The translations under genes were made by a program, and so were the position numbers. From a virus (Duplodnaviria > Heunggongvirae > Uroviricota > Caudoviricetes), in the IMG/VR virus record IMGVR_UViG_3300035208_008116, positions 9,539 through 73,538 of that record: a stretch of 64,000 nt of DNA. One strand, given 5' to 3'. Positions 47,355-55,640 of the stretch are shown here, piece after piece (within the stretch, counting starts at the first letter, position 1; every line of letters begins with the position of its first letter). The notes under the pieces were generated by a model. It saw only the letters and a list, made by a program, of their open reading frames with translations, made no database searches and was not told the DNA's origin.

Positions 47355-47380
47355 CGCTTAAGTCAGGACCAGCCTGCATA
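47355..47380. repeat. 26-bp direct repeat copy 2 (CGCTTAAGTCAGGACCAGCCTGCATA)
   Basis: see copy 1. Confidence 0.7.
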
Positions 47381-47730
47381 CTATGGATAAGGCCTAGCTA
47401 AGCTAGTTCGACCCCTTACCCTCTACACATATAGTTATATTTGCTACCACGAGGGGAAGGACCTAGCCCCTACCCTATAACAACTATATATATACCCATA
47501 TAGTAATAAGAAGCCCTTTGTGGGCTATCGGAAGGGGGAGGGGAGTTGTTCGTTTAGGGATGTAGAAAATTTGAAGGTACCATAGGGTAACCATCTCACC
47601 CGCTCCCGTGACTACTATTTCCAAATTACCCTTATTATCTCCAATCTACCCCTAGTAACCTATAATCTATTTAGGGTCCCCTATTTCTATGATCAGTAAC
47701 CCCCTATCCTAAATATAATTTTTTCTTAAG

Positions 47731-47777
47731 TTATCCACAGCTGGATACTTGCCAAGCTGATAGGATGGGTGTATAAT
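47731..47777 (+). promoter_or_regulatory. class-I promoter P5
   Basis: TTATCCACA 47731-47739, TTGCCA 47749-47754, TGTATAAT ending 47777. Confidence 0.65.
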
Positions 47778-47786
47778 AGGAGCATT

Positions 47787-48401
47787 ATGAATATGGAGAA
47801 AGAAGATTTAATTAGGGTGTTAGTTGAGGAGGGGAGGGAGGTTCTTGAGAAAATTGATAACCTCCAGCGGTGTGTCGATATTATTAAAGTGGCCCTTAAT
47901 GATGAGGGAGATGAAGCTATCTCTATCCTCTCTGACCATCTGGATATGAGGAAGGGGGAATATTATGACATCTCTCAAAAGGAGAATCTTCTCAAAGAAG
48001 AGATTCTTAGGGAGGAGGAAGAAGTTAAGAGGAAGATTGAGGAAGAAAAAAGGAGAGAAGAGACTATGGTTAAGCCCTTAGAGGTACCCTCTTATTATGA
48101 GGTTTATGAGAAAGGGAGTACATATAAGGCGTTTATTGATAGATCTCTTTCTTATTGTGCTGGGCAGAAATGTAAAAAAAGGATATATTGGGTCAAAAAT
48201 CCAGAGGGGAAAGCTAAGCCAGTAAGGTTTATTACATGGAAAGAACTAGAAACCCTTGTCCTAATTCCCCCTATAAAGGAAGCCTATATCAGTGAGAGGA
48301 AGGCTTTGGGTGCTCCATGGATCTGTCTTGAGCATCATCATGATTGTGTCGATCGTTATAAAAATTTTTCCGCTGAAAAGGCTTTAAGATTAAAATCATG
48401 A
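47787..48401 (+). CDS. hypothetical coiled-coil/Cys-rich protein (start at first ATG, not GTG 47769)
   Basis: ORF-track start lies in -10 box. Confidence 0.4.
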   Translation: MNMEKEDLIRVLVEEGREVLEKIDNLQRCVDIIKVALNDEGDEAISILSDHLDMRKGEYYDISQKENLLKEEILREEEEVKRKIEEEKRREETMVKPLEVPSYYEVYEKGSTYKAFIDRSLSYCAGQKCKKRIYWVKNPEGKAKPVRFITWKELETLVLIPPIKEAYISERKALGAPWICLEHHHDCVDRYKNFSAEKALRLKS

Positions 48402-49012
48402 ACACCAAACCAAACACTTACTCGCGATTTAATCCTTTGACTCACTCCTACGAGATGATTCATAGGGAGGAACTCCTTAAGCGGAACCTTAAGATTATTA
48501 AACTTAGGGGGGAAGGCTTGACTTATGAGGAGATTGGCAAGCGATTTGGTATAAGCCGAGAGAGGGTGAGGCAAGTAGGGAAGCTTCTTAAACCAGAGTT
48601 TTTTACCAACCAGAGGCAAAAATCCCCGAGGAAGATTGTAAAATGCCATTGGTGTGGCAAACCGGTAGATATTAGGCTCTGGGATTGGCAAAGAGACAGG
48701 GTGACCGGCAAGAAAAGGCATTATTATTGCAATCAGAAGTGCTCATGGGCAGATAAAAGGATCTATCAGAGTAAGGAGGAGCAGCAGGCGGAGATGATGA
48801 GGCGTTATAAGATTCGCTATCGCCAAGACCCTAAAGTAAGGCAAGCCCGGGCGGAAGCTTCAGTTAAATGGATAAAGAAGCTTAAATTAGATCCTGTTAA
48901 GTGGGAAGCTTATAGGGAGAAGCAAAGGCTCTGTTCTAGAAAATGGCATCGTATTAATAAATTAAGAAAGAAAAAAAATGAGCAAAATCATATTACGAGG
49001 GGACGCCGCTAG
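48398..49012 (+). CDS. sigma-70 region-4-like HTH protein with basic zinc-ribbon tail
   Basis: LTYEEIGKRFGISRERVRQV matches sigma r4.2 HTH; CHWCGK...CNQKC. Confidence 0.45.
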   Translation: MNTKPNTYSRFNPLTHSYEMIHREELLKRNLKIIKLRGEGLTYEEIGKRFGISRERVRQVGKLLKPEFFTNQRQKSPRKIVKCHWCGKPVDIRLWDWQRDRVTGKKRHYYCNQKCSWADKRIYQSKEEQQAEMMRRYKIRYRQDPKVRQARAEASVKWIKKLKLDPVKWEAYREKQRLCSRKWHRINKLRKKKNEQNHITRGRR

Positions 49013-50582
49013 ATTCGCCCTGAAGAAGGGTATTGATGAAGTGGCGGACTCAGTGAAGATCACTTTGGGTCCAAGGGGGAGGAATGTCGTTCTCCAACGT
49101 TATAATGTGCCCTTGATTACGAATGATGGGGTTTCGATTGCTAGAGAGATTGAGGTTAAAGACCCTATCGAGCAATTGGGGGTGGATATTGTAAAGGAGG
49201 TAGCCAATAAAGCGAATGATGTGGCCGGAGATGGCACCACGACAGCGATTATACTCACTCAGGCTATCTCAGAGATTGGTTTAGGGCGAACGGCCTTCTT
49301 TTGCGATAAGATGGCCGTCAGGAGGGGCTTAGAGGCTTCTAGCGAGCTTGTAGTATCGAGGCTGAAGGAAATGGCCCGCCCAGTTAAGACTTTAGAGGAA
49401 GCGGTTCAGGTTGCTTCCATTAGCGCGGAGAGTGAGGAGTTAGGCAAGGTTATTGGAGAAGTGGTGATGGAAGTAGGCAAAGATGGGGCCGTTACCGTGG
49501 ATGAATCTCCTGCTTCTGGCATTTTTTCAGAGATAGTGACAGGGATGAAGATTGATAAAGGCTATCTCTCCCACTATATGGTAACCGATAATGAGAAAAT
49601 GGTGGTTGAATATCCTAACGTTGCGGTCTTGGTTACCGACAAGAGGTTGAGTTCAGTTAAAGACATCTTCCCCTTCTTGGATAAAGTTATTAGCGGGGGC
49701 CAAAAAGAACTTCTAATTATTGCTGAGGATGTTGAAGGGGAGGCCTTGGCGGGGATGATTGTTAACAAGGTTAGGGGGATTATGAATGTTGTCGCCATCA
49801 AAGCGCCGGGTTTTGGAGAACGAAAGAAGGAGATTATGGAGGATATTGCTATTGCGGTGGGGGGCAAAGTTGTTAGTAAGTCTGTCGGGTTGGATCTCGC
49901 CACGGTTGAGCCCAATGAAGTCTTAGGACAAATTAGTCGATTAGTCGTGACAAAAGATCAGACGGTTATGATTCGGGGGAGCCTTAGTGACGATGGGGCC
50001 GTCCAAGAAAGGATTGCCTCCATTAAGAAGGACATGGAGTCGGTTGAATCCAAGCATGATAAGGAACAAATGAAATCTCGGATTGCCATGCTCAATGGGG
50101 TTGTCGCCGTGATTAGGGTAGGGGCAAACACTGAAGCCGAGGCCAAATATCTAAAACTGAAGGTTGAGGATGCTGTTAATGCTACTCAAGCAGCAATCGA
50201 CGAGGGTATTGTTACTGGGGGAGGGAGTGCTTTAGTTAAGGTCTGGGAATGGTTAAGGGTTAATCGTCCGGGAGATTTAAACTCGGTTGAGTTTCAGTCA
50301 GGGGTAGATATCCTCTTGGAGTCTCTACTTGTTCCCTTTAAACAAATTGTGGAGAATGCTGGAAGGGATGACTTTGCGGTTTTGCTCTTAGATCTTCGTA
50401 AAGGTGACCAAGGTTATGATGCCAAGAACGATATTGTCGTTGAAGATATGTTTAAAGCGGGGATTATTGACCCAGTAAAGGTAACTCGAACAGCCTTAGA
50501 ACGCGCAGTCAGTGCGGCTGCCATATTATTAACCACGGAAGTCGCCGTGGCAGAAGTTAAAAAAGATGATGGCCATGTCTAA
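48978..50582 (+). CDS. groEL: GroEL-like chaperonin (Cpn60)
   Basis: LGPRGRNVVL, VAGDGTTTA, equatorial/apical domain pattern over 534 aa. Confidence 0.85.
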   Translation: MSKIILRGDAARFALKKGIDEVADSVKITLGPRGRNVVLQRYNVPLITNDGVSIAREIEVKDPIEQLGVDIVKEVANKANDVAGDGTTTAIILTQAISEIGLGRTAFFCDKMAVRRGLEASSELVVSRLKEMARPVKTLEEAVQVASISAESEELGKVIGEVVMEVGKDGAVTVDESPASGIFSEIVTGMKIDKGYLSHYMVTDNEKMVVEYPNVAVLVTDKRLSSVKDIFPFLDKVISGGQKELLIIAEDVEGEALAGMIVNKVRGIMNVVAIKAPGFGERKKEIMEDIAIAVGGKVVSKSVGLDLATVEPNEVLGQISRLVVTKDQTVMIRGSLSDDGAVQERIASIKKDMESVESKHDKEQMKSRIAMLNGVVAVIRVGANTEAEAKYLKLKVEDAVNATQAAIDEGIVTGGGSALVKVWEWLRVNRPGDLNSVEFQSGVDILLESLLVPFKQIVENAGRDDFAVLLLDLRKGDQGYDAKNDIVVEDMFKAGIIDPVKVTRTALERAVSAAAILLTTEVAVAEVKKDDGHV

Positions 50583-50766
50583 ATCTAAAGAGGATCATTA
50601 TATTATTAAAGTTTATTGTGATAACTGTGACTGGGTGGGGACTCAAGCAATCCCTAAAGGCCATGCGGTGGGATCTTTGACCATTAACGGAGTGGAATGC
50701 CCGTGTTGTGGCTGTGAGACCCTTCGGTCCTTAGGCCAACCTAATAACCCAGAAATTAATTATTAG
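50566..50766 (+). CDS. small zinc-binding protein (CDNCDW...CPCCGC)
   Basis: 66-aa ORF. Confidence 0.3.
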   Translation: MMAMSKSKEDHYIIKVYCDNCDWVGTQAIPKGHAVGSLTINGVECPCCGCETLRSLGQPNNPEINY

Positions 50767-50779
50767 TTAGTCTATCATT

Positions 50780-51013
50780 ATGAAAAAAGGATTTACGTTA
50801 ATTGAGTTGATAGTGGCTATCGCGATTATTATTATCCTGACTGATATCCTCGTGATCGCAGCCAAGAAGACCTTTAGGGAGGAGGAAGACCAGTTAAAAA
50901 TGACTGATAAGGAATATTGTATCAAGTACTATAGTGATTACCGGTTGGAGAATCTGCCTGCTCGATGTCTTAAGACCTTTGGTGTAACCTCGGTGGTTAA
51001 TCAGGTCGACTAA
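50780..51013 (+). CDS. type IV pilin/pseudopilin-like protein
   Basis: MKKGFTLIELIVAIAII prepilin N-terminal cleavage/methylation signature. Confidence 0.55.
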   Translation: MKKGFTLIELIVAIAIIIILTDILVIAAKKTFREEEDQLKMTDKEYCIKYYSDYRLENLPARCLKTFGVTSVVNQVD

Positions 51014-51042
51014 GATTGTTAGGACTTTAGTATAATAAGAAT

Positions 51043-51261
51043 ATGGCAATTGAAAAAGTTATCGTCGTCCTAGCTGGCAATAAACAAGAATATGAGAAAT
51101 ACTTGGAAGATCAACATCTCAGTTCTAGCCAGGCGGTCTTTGGAGATACGACTGAATCAATGATTCGTTTAAGGGTTTCTTCTATTGTGACGGTGGGGAC
51201 TTTTTGGGATAGACCTGATGCTTGGCCGTTGCAGAATATGGCAGAGAGTCGATTAAGATAA
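51043..51261 (+). CDS. hypothetical protein
   Basis: 72-aa ORF. Confidence 0.3.
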   Translation: MAIEKVIVVLAGNKQEYEKYLEDQHLSSSQAVFGDTTESMIRLRVSSIVTVGTFWDRPDAWPLQNMAESRLR

Positions 51262-51287
51262 ATTAAAAATAAAATACAAATAAATAT

Positions 51288-51743
51288 ATGAACCGTTCTG
51301 ATCCTTTAAATATTAGCGAGGCGAAGAGACTTTTAAGCCTCAACCAAAAAGGAGTCTCTAAAGAGGAGATGATTAGACTTTTGAAACGCTCTCGTCCTTT
51401 CCTCGATAAATATTTTAAAGAGCACAAGATTACTTATCTCTATCGCCCAGGAAAAAGATTCCGGGATGTAGAGATCCAGCAAATTTTGACTCTTTATGAT
51501 AAAGGGGATACCTCTATCTCGGCCATCAGTCGAAGGTTTGGAGTTTGTCATGAGACGATTAAGAGGATCGTTGAAGGGCATAATGTCGAGAAAGATGCCC
51601 CAGAGAAGGTCATTAAAGTGAAATATATTGAGGAAGATGGGGAGAAGGTTTGTGCGGGGCTAAGCTATAGTGATTATCTCCGAAGGGCTTACGGAAAAGA
51701 CTATAAAAAATATCTATCAAATTCTAAGAATTACGCCGGTTAA
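51288..51743 (+). CDS. HTH DNA-binding protein
   Basis: ISAISRRFGVCHETIKRIV HTH-like segment. Confidence 0.3.
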   Translation: MNRSDPLNISEAKRLLSLNQKGVSKEEMIRLLKRSRPFLDKYFKEHKITYLYRPGKRFRDVEIQQILTLYDKGDTSISAISRRFGVCHETIKRIVEGHNVEKDAPEKVIKVKYIEEDGEKVCAGLSYSDYLRRAYGKDYKKYLSNSKNYAG

Positions 51744-51889
51744 GGCGAATCTTTGATTGGCCCTAACGGGGATAGTTCTTTGAAATAAGTTGGTAAGCAG
51801 ATAAAGGGTGACCGATTCGGTGGAGGTCATATGCCATCTTCTGTCGGCACTCCCTATCTGCTTATCAATACAATGGAGGTTAATGGGCC

Positions 51890-52060
51890 ATGGACACATG
51901 CTGGCAGTGTGGTAAGAAGCCAAAGTTTGTTGTCCCCGTCATCATCAGGGGCAAGGAATACCTATTTTGTGTTTCGTGTTGTGAACGAACAGCCAAGGAC
52001 TATGGAGGGTCGAACGATGACGGAATTGAACCAGCGAGCGTGCGACCAGTTGATGCCTGA
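51890..52060 (+). CDS. small zinc-ribbon protein MDTCWQCGKK...CVSCC (56 aa) with GGAGG SD
   Basis: in GC-richer island; SD-like GGAGG 9 nt upstream. Confidence 0.3.
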   Translation: MDTCWQCGKKPKFVVPVIIRGKEYLFCVSCCERTAKDYGGSNDDGIEPASVRPVDA

Positions 52061-52333
52061 ATACTGGCAATACTGGAAAGGGATGTGTCTGTCGAGCTGT
52101 AACAAGGTCAGTCAATGTTCCAAGTTTTCGGAAGGAGCTAACCTTGATGCTTTCAAAAAGAAACAGGCTCACGACGCTACTCATCGCGTGGGAAGGCCGA
52201 TGCCGAACCCCGACTAGCGTGTCCATCAAGGAAGTGACCGAGGCCAAGGACGATTTCAGAAAGGAGTTTGGCTGGGCGAAACTAACCGAGTTAATCAACG
52301 AAGTGACAATGGCCTGTGCTAAGGAGACGAGCG

Positions 52334-52459
52334 ATGGCTACTTGTCCAAGGTGCGGAAAAGAAGTGGATACCTATCAGACTGCGTGCGACTGCGGTCAGT
52401 TGTGGCCAGGAAGAACACCAGACGGCAACACCGTTAAACCTCCAAAGCTCCGCCAGTAG
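52334..52459 (+). CDS. small zinc-ribbon protein MATCPRCGKE...CDCG (41 aa) with AAGGAG SD
   Basis: canonical SD 7 nt upstream, unusual for this genome. Confidence 0.3.
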   Translation: MATCPRCGKEVDTYQTACDCGQLWPGRTPDGNTVKPPKLRQ

Positions 52460-52487
52460 CTCCTTAAAAGGAAAACTGGCAACATCT

Positions 52488-52570
52488 GCGTTGTTGGTGG
52501 AGTGGTCATCACGGACGACTGTAAATCGTCTGCCATTGCGGCAAGGGGAGTTCGATTCTCTCACAACGCA
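52488..52570 (+). tRNA. tRNA-Tyr (anticodon GTA), long variable arm
   Basis: manual fold: perfect 7-bp acceptor GCGTTGT/ACAACGC, D-arm, anticodon loop CUGUAAA, 15-nt variable arm, T-arm GGGAG-TTCGATT-CTCTC. Confidence 0.6.
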
Positions 52571-52751
52571 CACTCTCTTTGGAGATACTAGTGTCCTCGC
52601 CAGTCACTAGGCCGGAAGGTGGGTATATCCCAATGGCGTAATTATGACAAATAAATTAGAAAGAAAAATTCAGTTTGGTAAATATACCAAGAGGGATTAT
52701 AGAGAAGTGAGGAGATTATTAAAAAATAAGTGGAAGGAAGAGGAGTTAGAG

Positions 52752-52798
52752 TTATCCACAGTTCCCTACTTGCCAAGTAAGAAAGATGGGAGTATAAT
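52752..52798 (+). promoter_or_regulatory. class-I promoter P6 with no ORF downstream for ~600 bp
   Basis: TTATCCACA 52752-52760, TTGCCA 52770-52775, TATAAT 52793-52798. Confidence 0.65.
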
Positions 52799-52805
52799 AG
52801 AATAA

Positions 52806-53413
52806 GTACGTTGAAAATTGAATAGTAATCGAAGGCGTCGACTTGGTGGCAATGAATGAGATACTTCAATAAACTTTGACTTTATTACAAAAGACTCGTT
52901 CCCTTTTCCCCAAATCAATGCCTTGGATTACAAAATGAGGTTGTTACAGTTCAGCTACTTCAATAACAATTGATTATTATAGCTTCACAGCTAATTACTT
53001 TGGACTCGTCTTGTGAGAGACCTGTTCTATTGTCTTCTGTTAAAGGAAGAATAATTGCGGGTAGCCCCGTACGTCTCTTCGTCTCGTAAGATGGAGGTAA
53101 GGGGATCCTCGAGTCCTCCTACTATTGTACCTTTTCATCAACTTTTGGTTTGGTGGAAAGCACCAACAAATTAAAACAAACTTTGCCGCGATTGAGGATG
53201 AATTTCCTAAAAGCAAAAATAGGAAAAAATCTTAGCGGCTAAACTGGACTAACTATCGCCTCATTTTGTAACCTAAGGTCGAGTGGCAACGAATCAGATA
53301 CTTCAAAAATAATTGGATTTTTTTGTTCTGGGGTTACCCCGGAAAAACTACCTGGTTCAATTTATCCCTCGACCTTAGTTCGCAATTATAAGTCAAAGTT
53401 ATAATAAAATAAG
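52806..53413 (+). ncRNA. candidate structured noncoding RNA(s)/long leader upstream of Ro60 gene
   Basis: no ORF >30 codons; nested long-range complementarities 52872-80/53392-400, 52928-40/53259-71, 53272-83/53366-78; ~35-bp direct repeats at 52832-52869 and 53273-53306; driven by P6. Confidence 0.35.
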
Positions 53414-54820
53414 ATGAAATTTAATACGAAAGAGTCCACTCGGACTACTAACTTAGCAGGAGGTGTTGCTTTTTCAATTTCTCCAGAAATTGAGTTGCTG
53501 CACGCGGTCTTAACGACCTTCCTCGATGATAAGTATTACGAGTCAAAAGAGGATCGGATTGCTCGAATCAAGAAGTTAATCTCCTTGAATAAACCAGAGT
53601 TCGTCGCCAAATTAGCCTGTGTGGCTCGTCTTGAGTTTAATCTTCGGTCAGTGACTCACCTTCTTTTGGGTGAACTGGCTAAGACTCATAAGGGAGATAG
53701 CCTAGTGAAGGATGCGATTGTTAAGTGTACTGTTCGTCCTGATGACCTGACTGAACTCGCGGCTTATGTTGGGACGCCTTTACCTAAGCAACTTAAGAGA
53801 GGGGTGCGTAATGGTCTCCTAAAATTTAATCGTTATCAATTAGCCAAGTATAAGGGTGAAGGTAATAAGATCTCTCTCGTTGACTTATTTAATCTTTGTC
53901 ACCCTAAAGTTAAGCACGCCTCTGAAGAGCAAAAGCAAGCTTGGGCAGATCTTATTAAGGGCGACTTAAAATCCTTTGACACATGGGAAACTGAAATCTC
54001 AAATTCAACTGCTGAAGACAAGAGCGAGAAGTGGGCACAACTTGTTCAAACGGGCAAGATGGGTTACATGGCTTTGTTAAGGAATCTCAACAACCTTATT
54101 AAAAATAATGTTGATGAGGAGACTATCGGTTGTGCGATTAAGAAGTTGACTGATCCTGAGGAAGTTAAGAAGTCAAAGCAAATGCCCTTCCGTTTTGTGA
54201 CTGCTTACGATAATGTAAAAGGGAATCGTAAATTGACTGATGCTATTTCTGTGGCGATGGATATGGCGGTCTCTAATACTCCTAAGCTACCGGGGAAGAC
54301 TCTCGTCGCGGTAGACGTCTCTGGCTCGATGAGGGGAGATCCCATTAGGAAGGCGGCTATCTTTGGGGCCACCTTAACTCAAGCTAATCCTGATACTGAT
54401 TTGATTCTCTATGACACCCGAGTGAAGGAAGAGGTTGTTGGCAGCCGTCTCCCTGTTATTGATTTGGCTAAGAAGATTGAAAATGATGCTATGGGTGGAG
54501 GGACTGAAACTTCTTTAGTCTTTAAGTATGCGATTGAAAAGAAGAAAGTCTATGATCGGATTATTATTATTTCCGATAACGAGAGCTGGGCAGAAGGTTG
54601 GGGTTATGGAACTAAGTCTATTCAAGGATGGTATGGTCAATATAAAAAGATTTCTGATCCATTTGTCTACGCGATCGATATTCAGGGATATGGAACTAAG
54701 GATATTGCAGGAGGGAAAGTTTTTCACCTCTGTGGTTGGTCTGATCGCCTCCTTGATTATATCGGTAAGATGGAGGAGGGTGATGCCTTGGTCGATTATA
54801 TTAAAAATTATAAAATTTAA
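53414..54820 (+). CDS. Ro60/Rsr-like protein (TROVE domain + vWA domain)
   Basis: N-terminal TROVE-like segment (GG...LxxFLxDxYYE...LFxxxLA pattern), C-terminal vWA MIDAS VAVDVSGSM. Confidence 0.6.
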   Translation: MKFNTKESTRTTNLAGGVAFSISPEIELLHAVLTTFLDDKYYESKEDRIARIKKLISLNKPEFVAKLACVARLEFNLRSVTHLLLGELAKTHKGDSLVKDAIVKCTVRPDDLTELAAYVGTPLPKQLKRGVRNGLLKFNRYQLAKYKGEGNKISLVDLFNLCHPKVKHASEEQKQAWADLIKGDLKSFDTWETEISNSTAEDKSEKWAQLVQTGKMGYMALLRNLNNLIKNNVDEETIGCAIKKLTDPEEVKKSKQMPFRFVTAYDNVKGNRKLTDAISVAMDMAVSNTPKLPGKTLVAVDVSGSMRGDPIRKAAIFGATLTQANPDTDLILYDTRVKEEVVGSRLPVIDLAKKIENDAMGGGTETSLVFKYAIEKKKVYDRIIIISDNESWAEGWGYGTKSIQGWYGQYKKISDPFVYAIDIQGYGTKDIAGGKVFHLCGWSDRLLDYIGKMEEGDALVDYIKNYKI

Positions 54821-54826
54821 ATTATT

Positions 54827-55090
54827 ATGGAAAACAATAAAGAACTTCAGATCCCAAGAGCAATGAAGGAACTTGATTGTCAGATTAATATTCTAGGGAA
54901 TGATTTGTTGGAACTTCGGAAAAGACTTGAACTTGTTTTGGTTAATCGTCCGGTGCCTGAATCTGAGAAGACTGTTTCCCCTATACCCCCATCAGGGACC
55001 CCGTTAGTTGCGGCAATTGATGAGGAGATAAAAAAAGTTAAAGATATGGAGGTTTTGGTAAGAGTAATTTTTGAGACGCTTGAAATCTAA
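54827..55090 (+). CDS. hypothetical protein
   Basis: 87-aa ORF. Confidence 0.3.
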   Translation: MENNKELQIPRAMKELDCQINILGNDLLELRKRLELVLVNRPVPESEKTVSPIPPSGTPLVAAIDEEIKKVKDMEVLVRVIFETLEI

Positions 55091-55442
55091 TATGTGGTAT
55101 AGAATGTTCCATCCAATCAAAAATCTTTATCGGCGCTATCGTTATGGTGGGGGTTGTTGTGATGTCTTCAGTTTGGATTATTATCTGGCAAAGAAGATCC
55201 TTCCTTCCCTAAAATTGTTTAGAGATAAGACTAAAGAGGATTTTGGTGGATACCCTTGCGGTTTTGATACCCCAGAGGAGTGGACGAAGGTCCTGGATGA
55301 AATGATCTGGTCATTCCAATATCTAGTTGATGGAGAAGAAACAGGAAACCCCTTTGACCTTGAGGTTATGGGAGTGAATGCCGAGAGAGAGCAAAAGGGA
55401 TTTGAATTATTTGGGAAGCACTTTAGGAATCTCTGGCTATAA
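55071..55442 (+). CDS. hypothetical protein
   Basis: 123-aa ORF. Confidence 0.3.
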   Translation: MRRLKSNMWYRMFHPIKNLYRRYRYGGGCCDVFSLDYYLAKKILPSLKLFRDKTKEDFGGYPCGFDTPEEWTKVLDEMIWSFQYLVDGEETGNPFDLEVMGVNAEREQKGFELFGKHFRNLWL

Positions 55443-55572
55443 AAAACGTCTCGTGTCGTGGTCCAACACGGGGGGGTGGAAGACTCGAGAAGCAACTCGT
55501 AAAAACATAGGCTTGTCACTGGGGTCGATCCAACCCTATCGCCAAAAAGCAACCTTGGTAGGTGACGGCCAT

Positions 55573-55640
55573 GCCCCTCCCCCGACGGGGGGATAACTTA
55601 TCGGCAGATAAGGGAAGTTGTTCAAACCAACAGGGGGGCT
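55573..55640 (+). ncRNA. tRNA-like cloverleaf element (non-canonical D and anticodon loops) within GC-rich hairpin cluster 55450-55645
   Basis: 7-bp acceptor-like stem GCCCCTC/GGGGGGC, hairpins CCCC-gac-GGGG, CTTATC-ggca-GATAAG, GTTG-TTCAAAC-CAAC (T-loop-like). Confidence 0.3.

Noticed and set aside
16974-47771. ORF-track start codons giving N-termini MYNR... for genes at 16731..16976, 29131..29373 and 47769..48401
   Set aside because: The GTG used as start is the G-T-G of the conserved GTGTATAATAG -10 box. The real starts are the first ATG 6-9 nt downstream (16961, 29146, 47787), and the shared MYNR is a promoter translated in frame.
21869-52570. Suppressor tRNA or stop-codon recoding (a tRNA reading UGA/UAG)
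   Set aside because: Anticodons are CCA (Trp), CAU (Met/Ile) and GUA (Tyr), all sense. Long ORFs end normally with TAA/TGA/TAG and show no in-frame stop clustering, so the standard code applies.
51831-52573. Long overlapping ORFs on both strands (51831..52217 +, 51945..52298 -, 52144..52437 +, 52319..52573 -)
   Set aside because: They are mutually overlapping in a GC-richer island and have no recognisable motifs. Only the short SD-preceded zinc-ribbon frames and the tRNA-Tyr look real; the rest are probably read-through artefacts of higher GC.
55181-55596. ORFs 55181..55552 (-) and 55378..55596 (+)
   Set aside because: They lie inside the GC-rich hairpin cluster/tRNA-like element, overlap each other, and encode P/G/R-rich low-complexity peptides; they are better explained as structured RNA.
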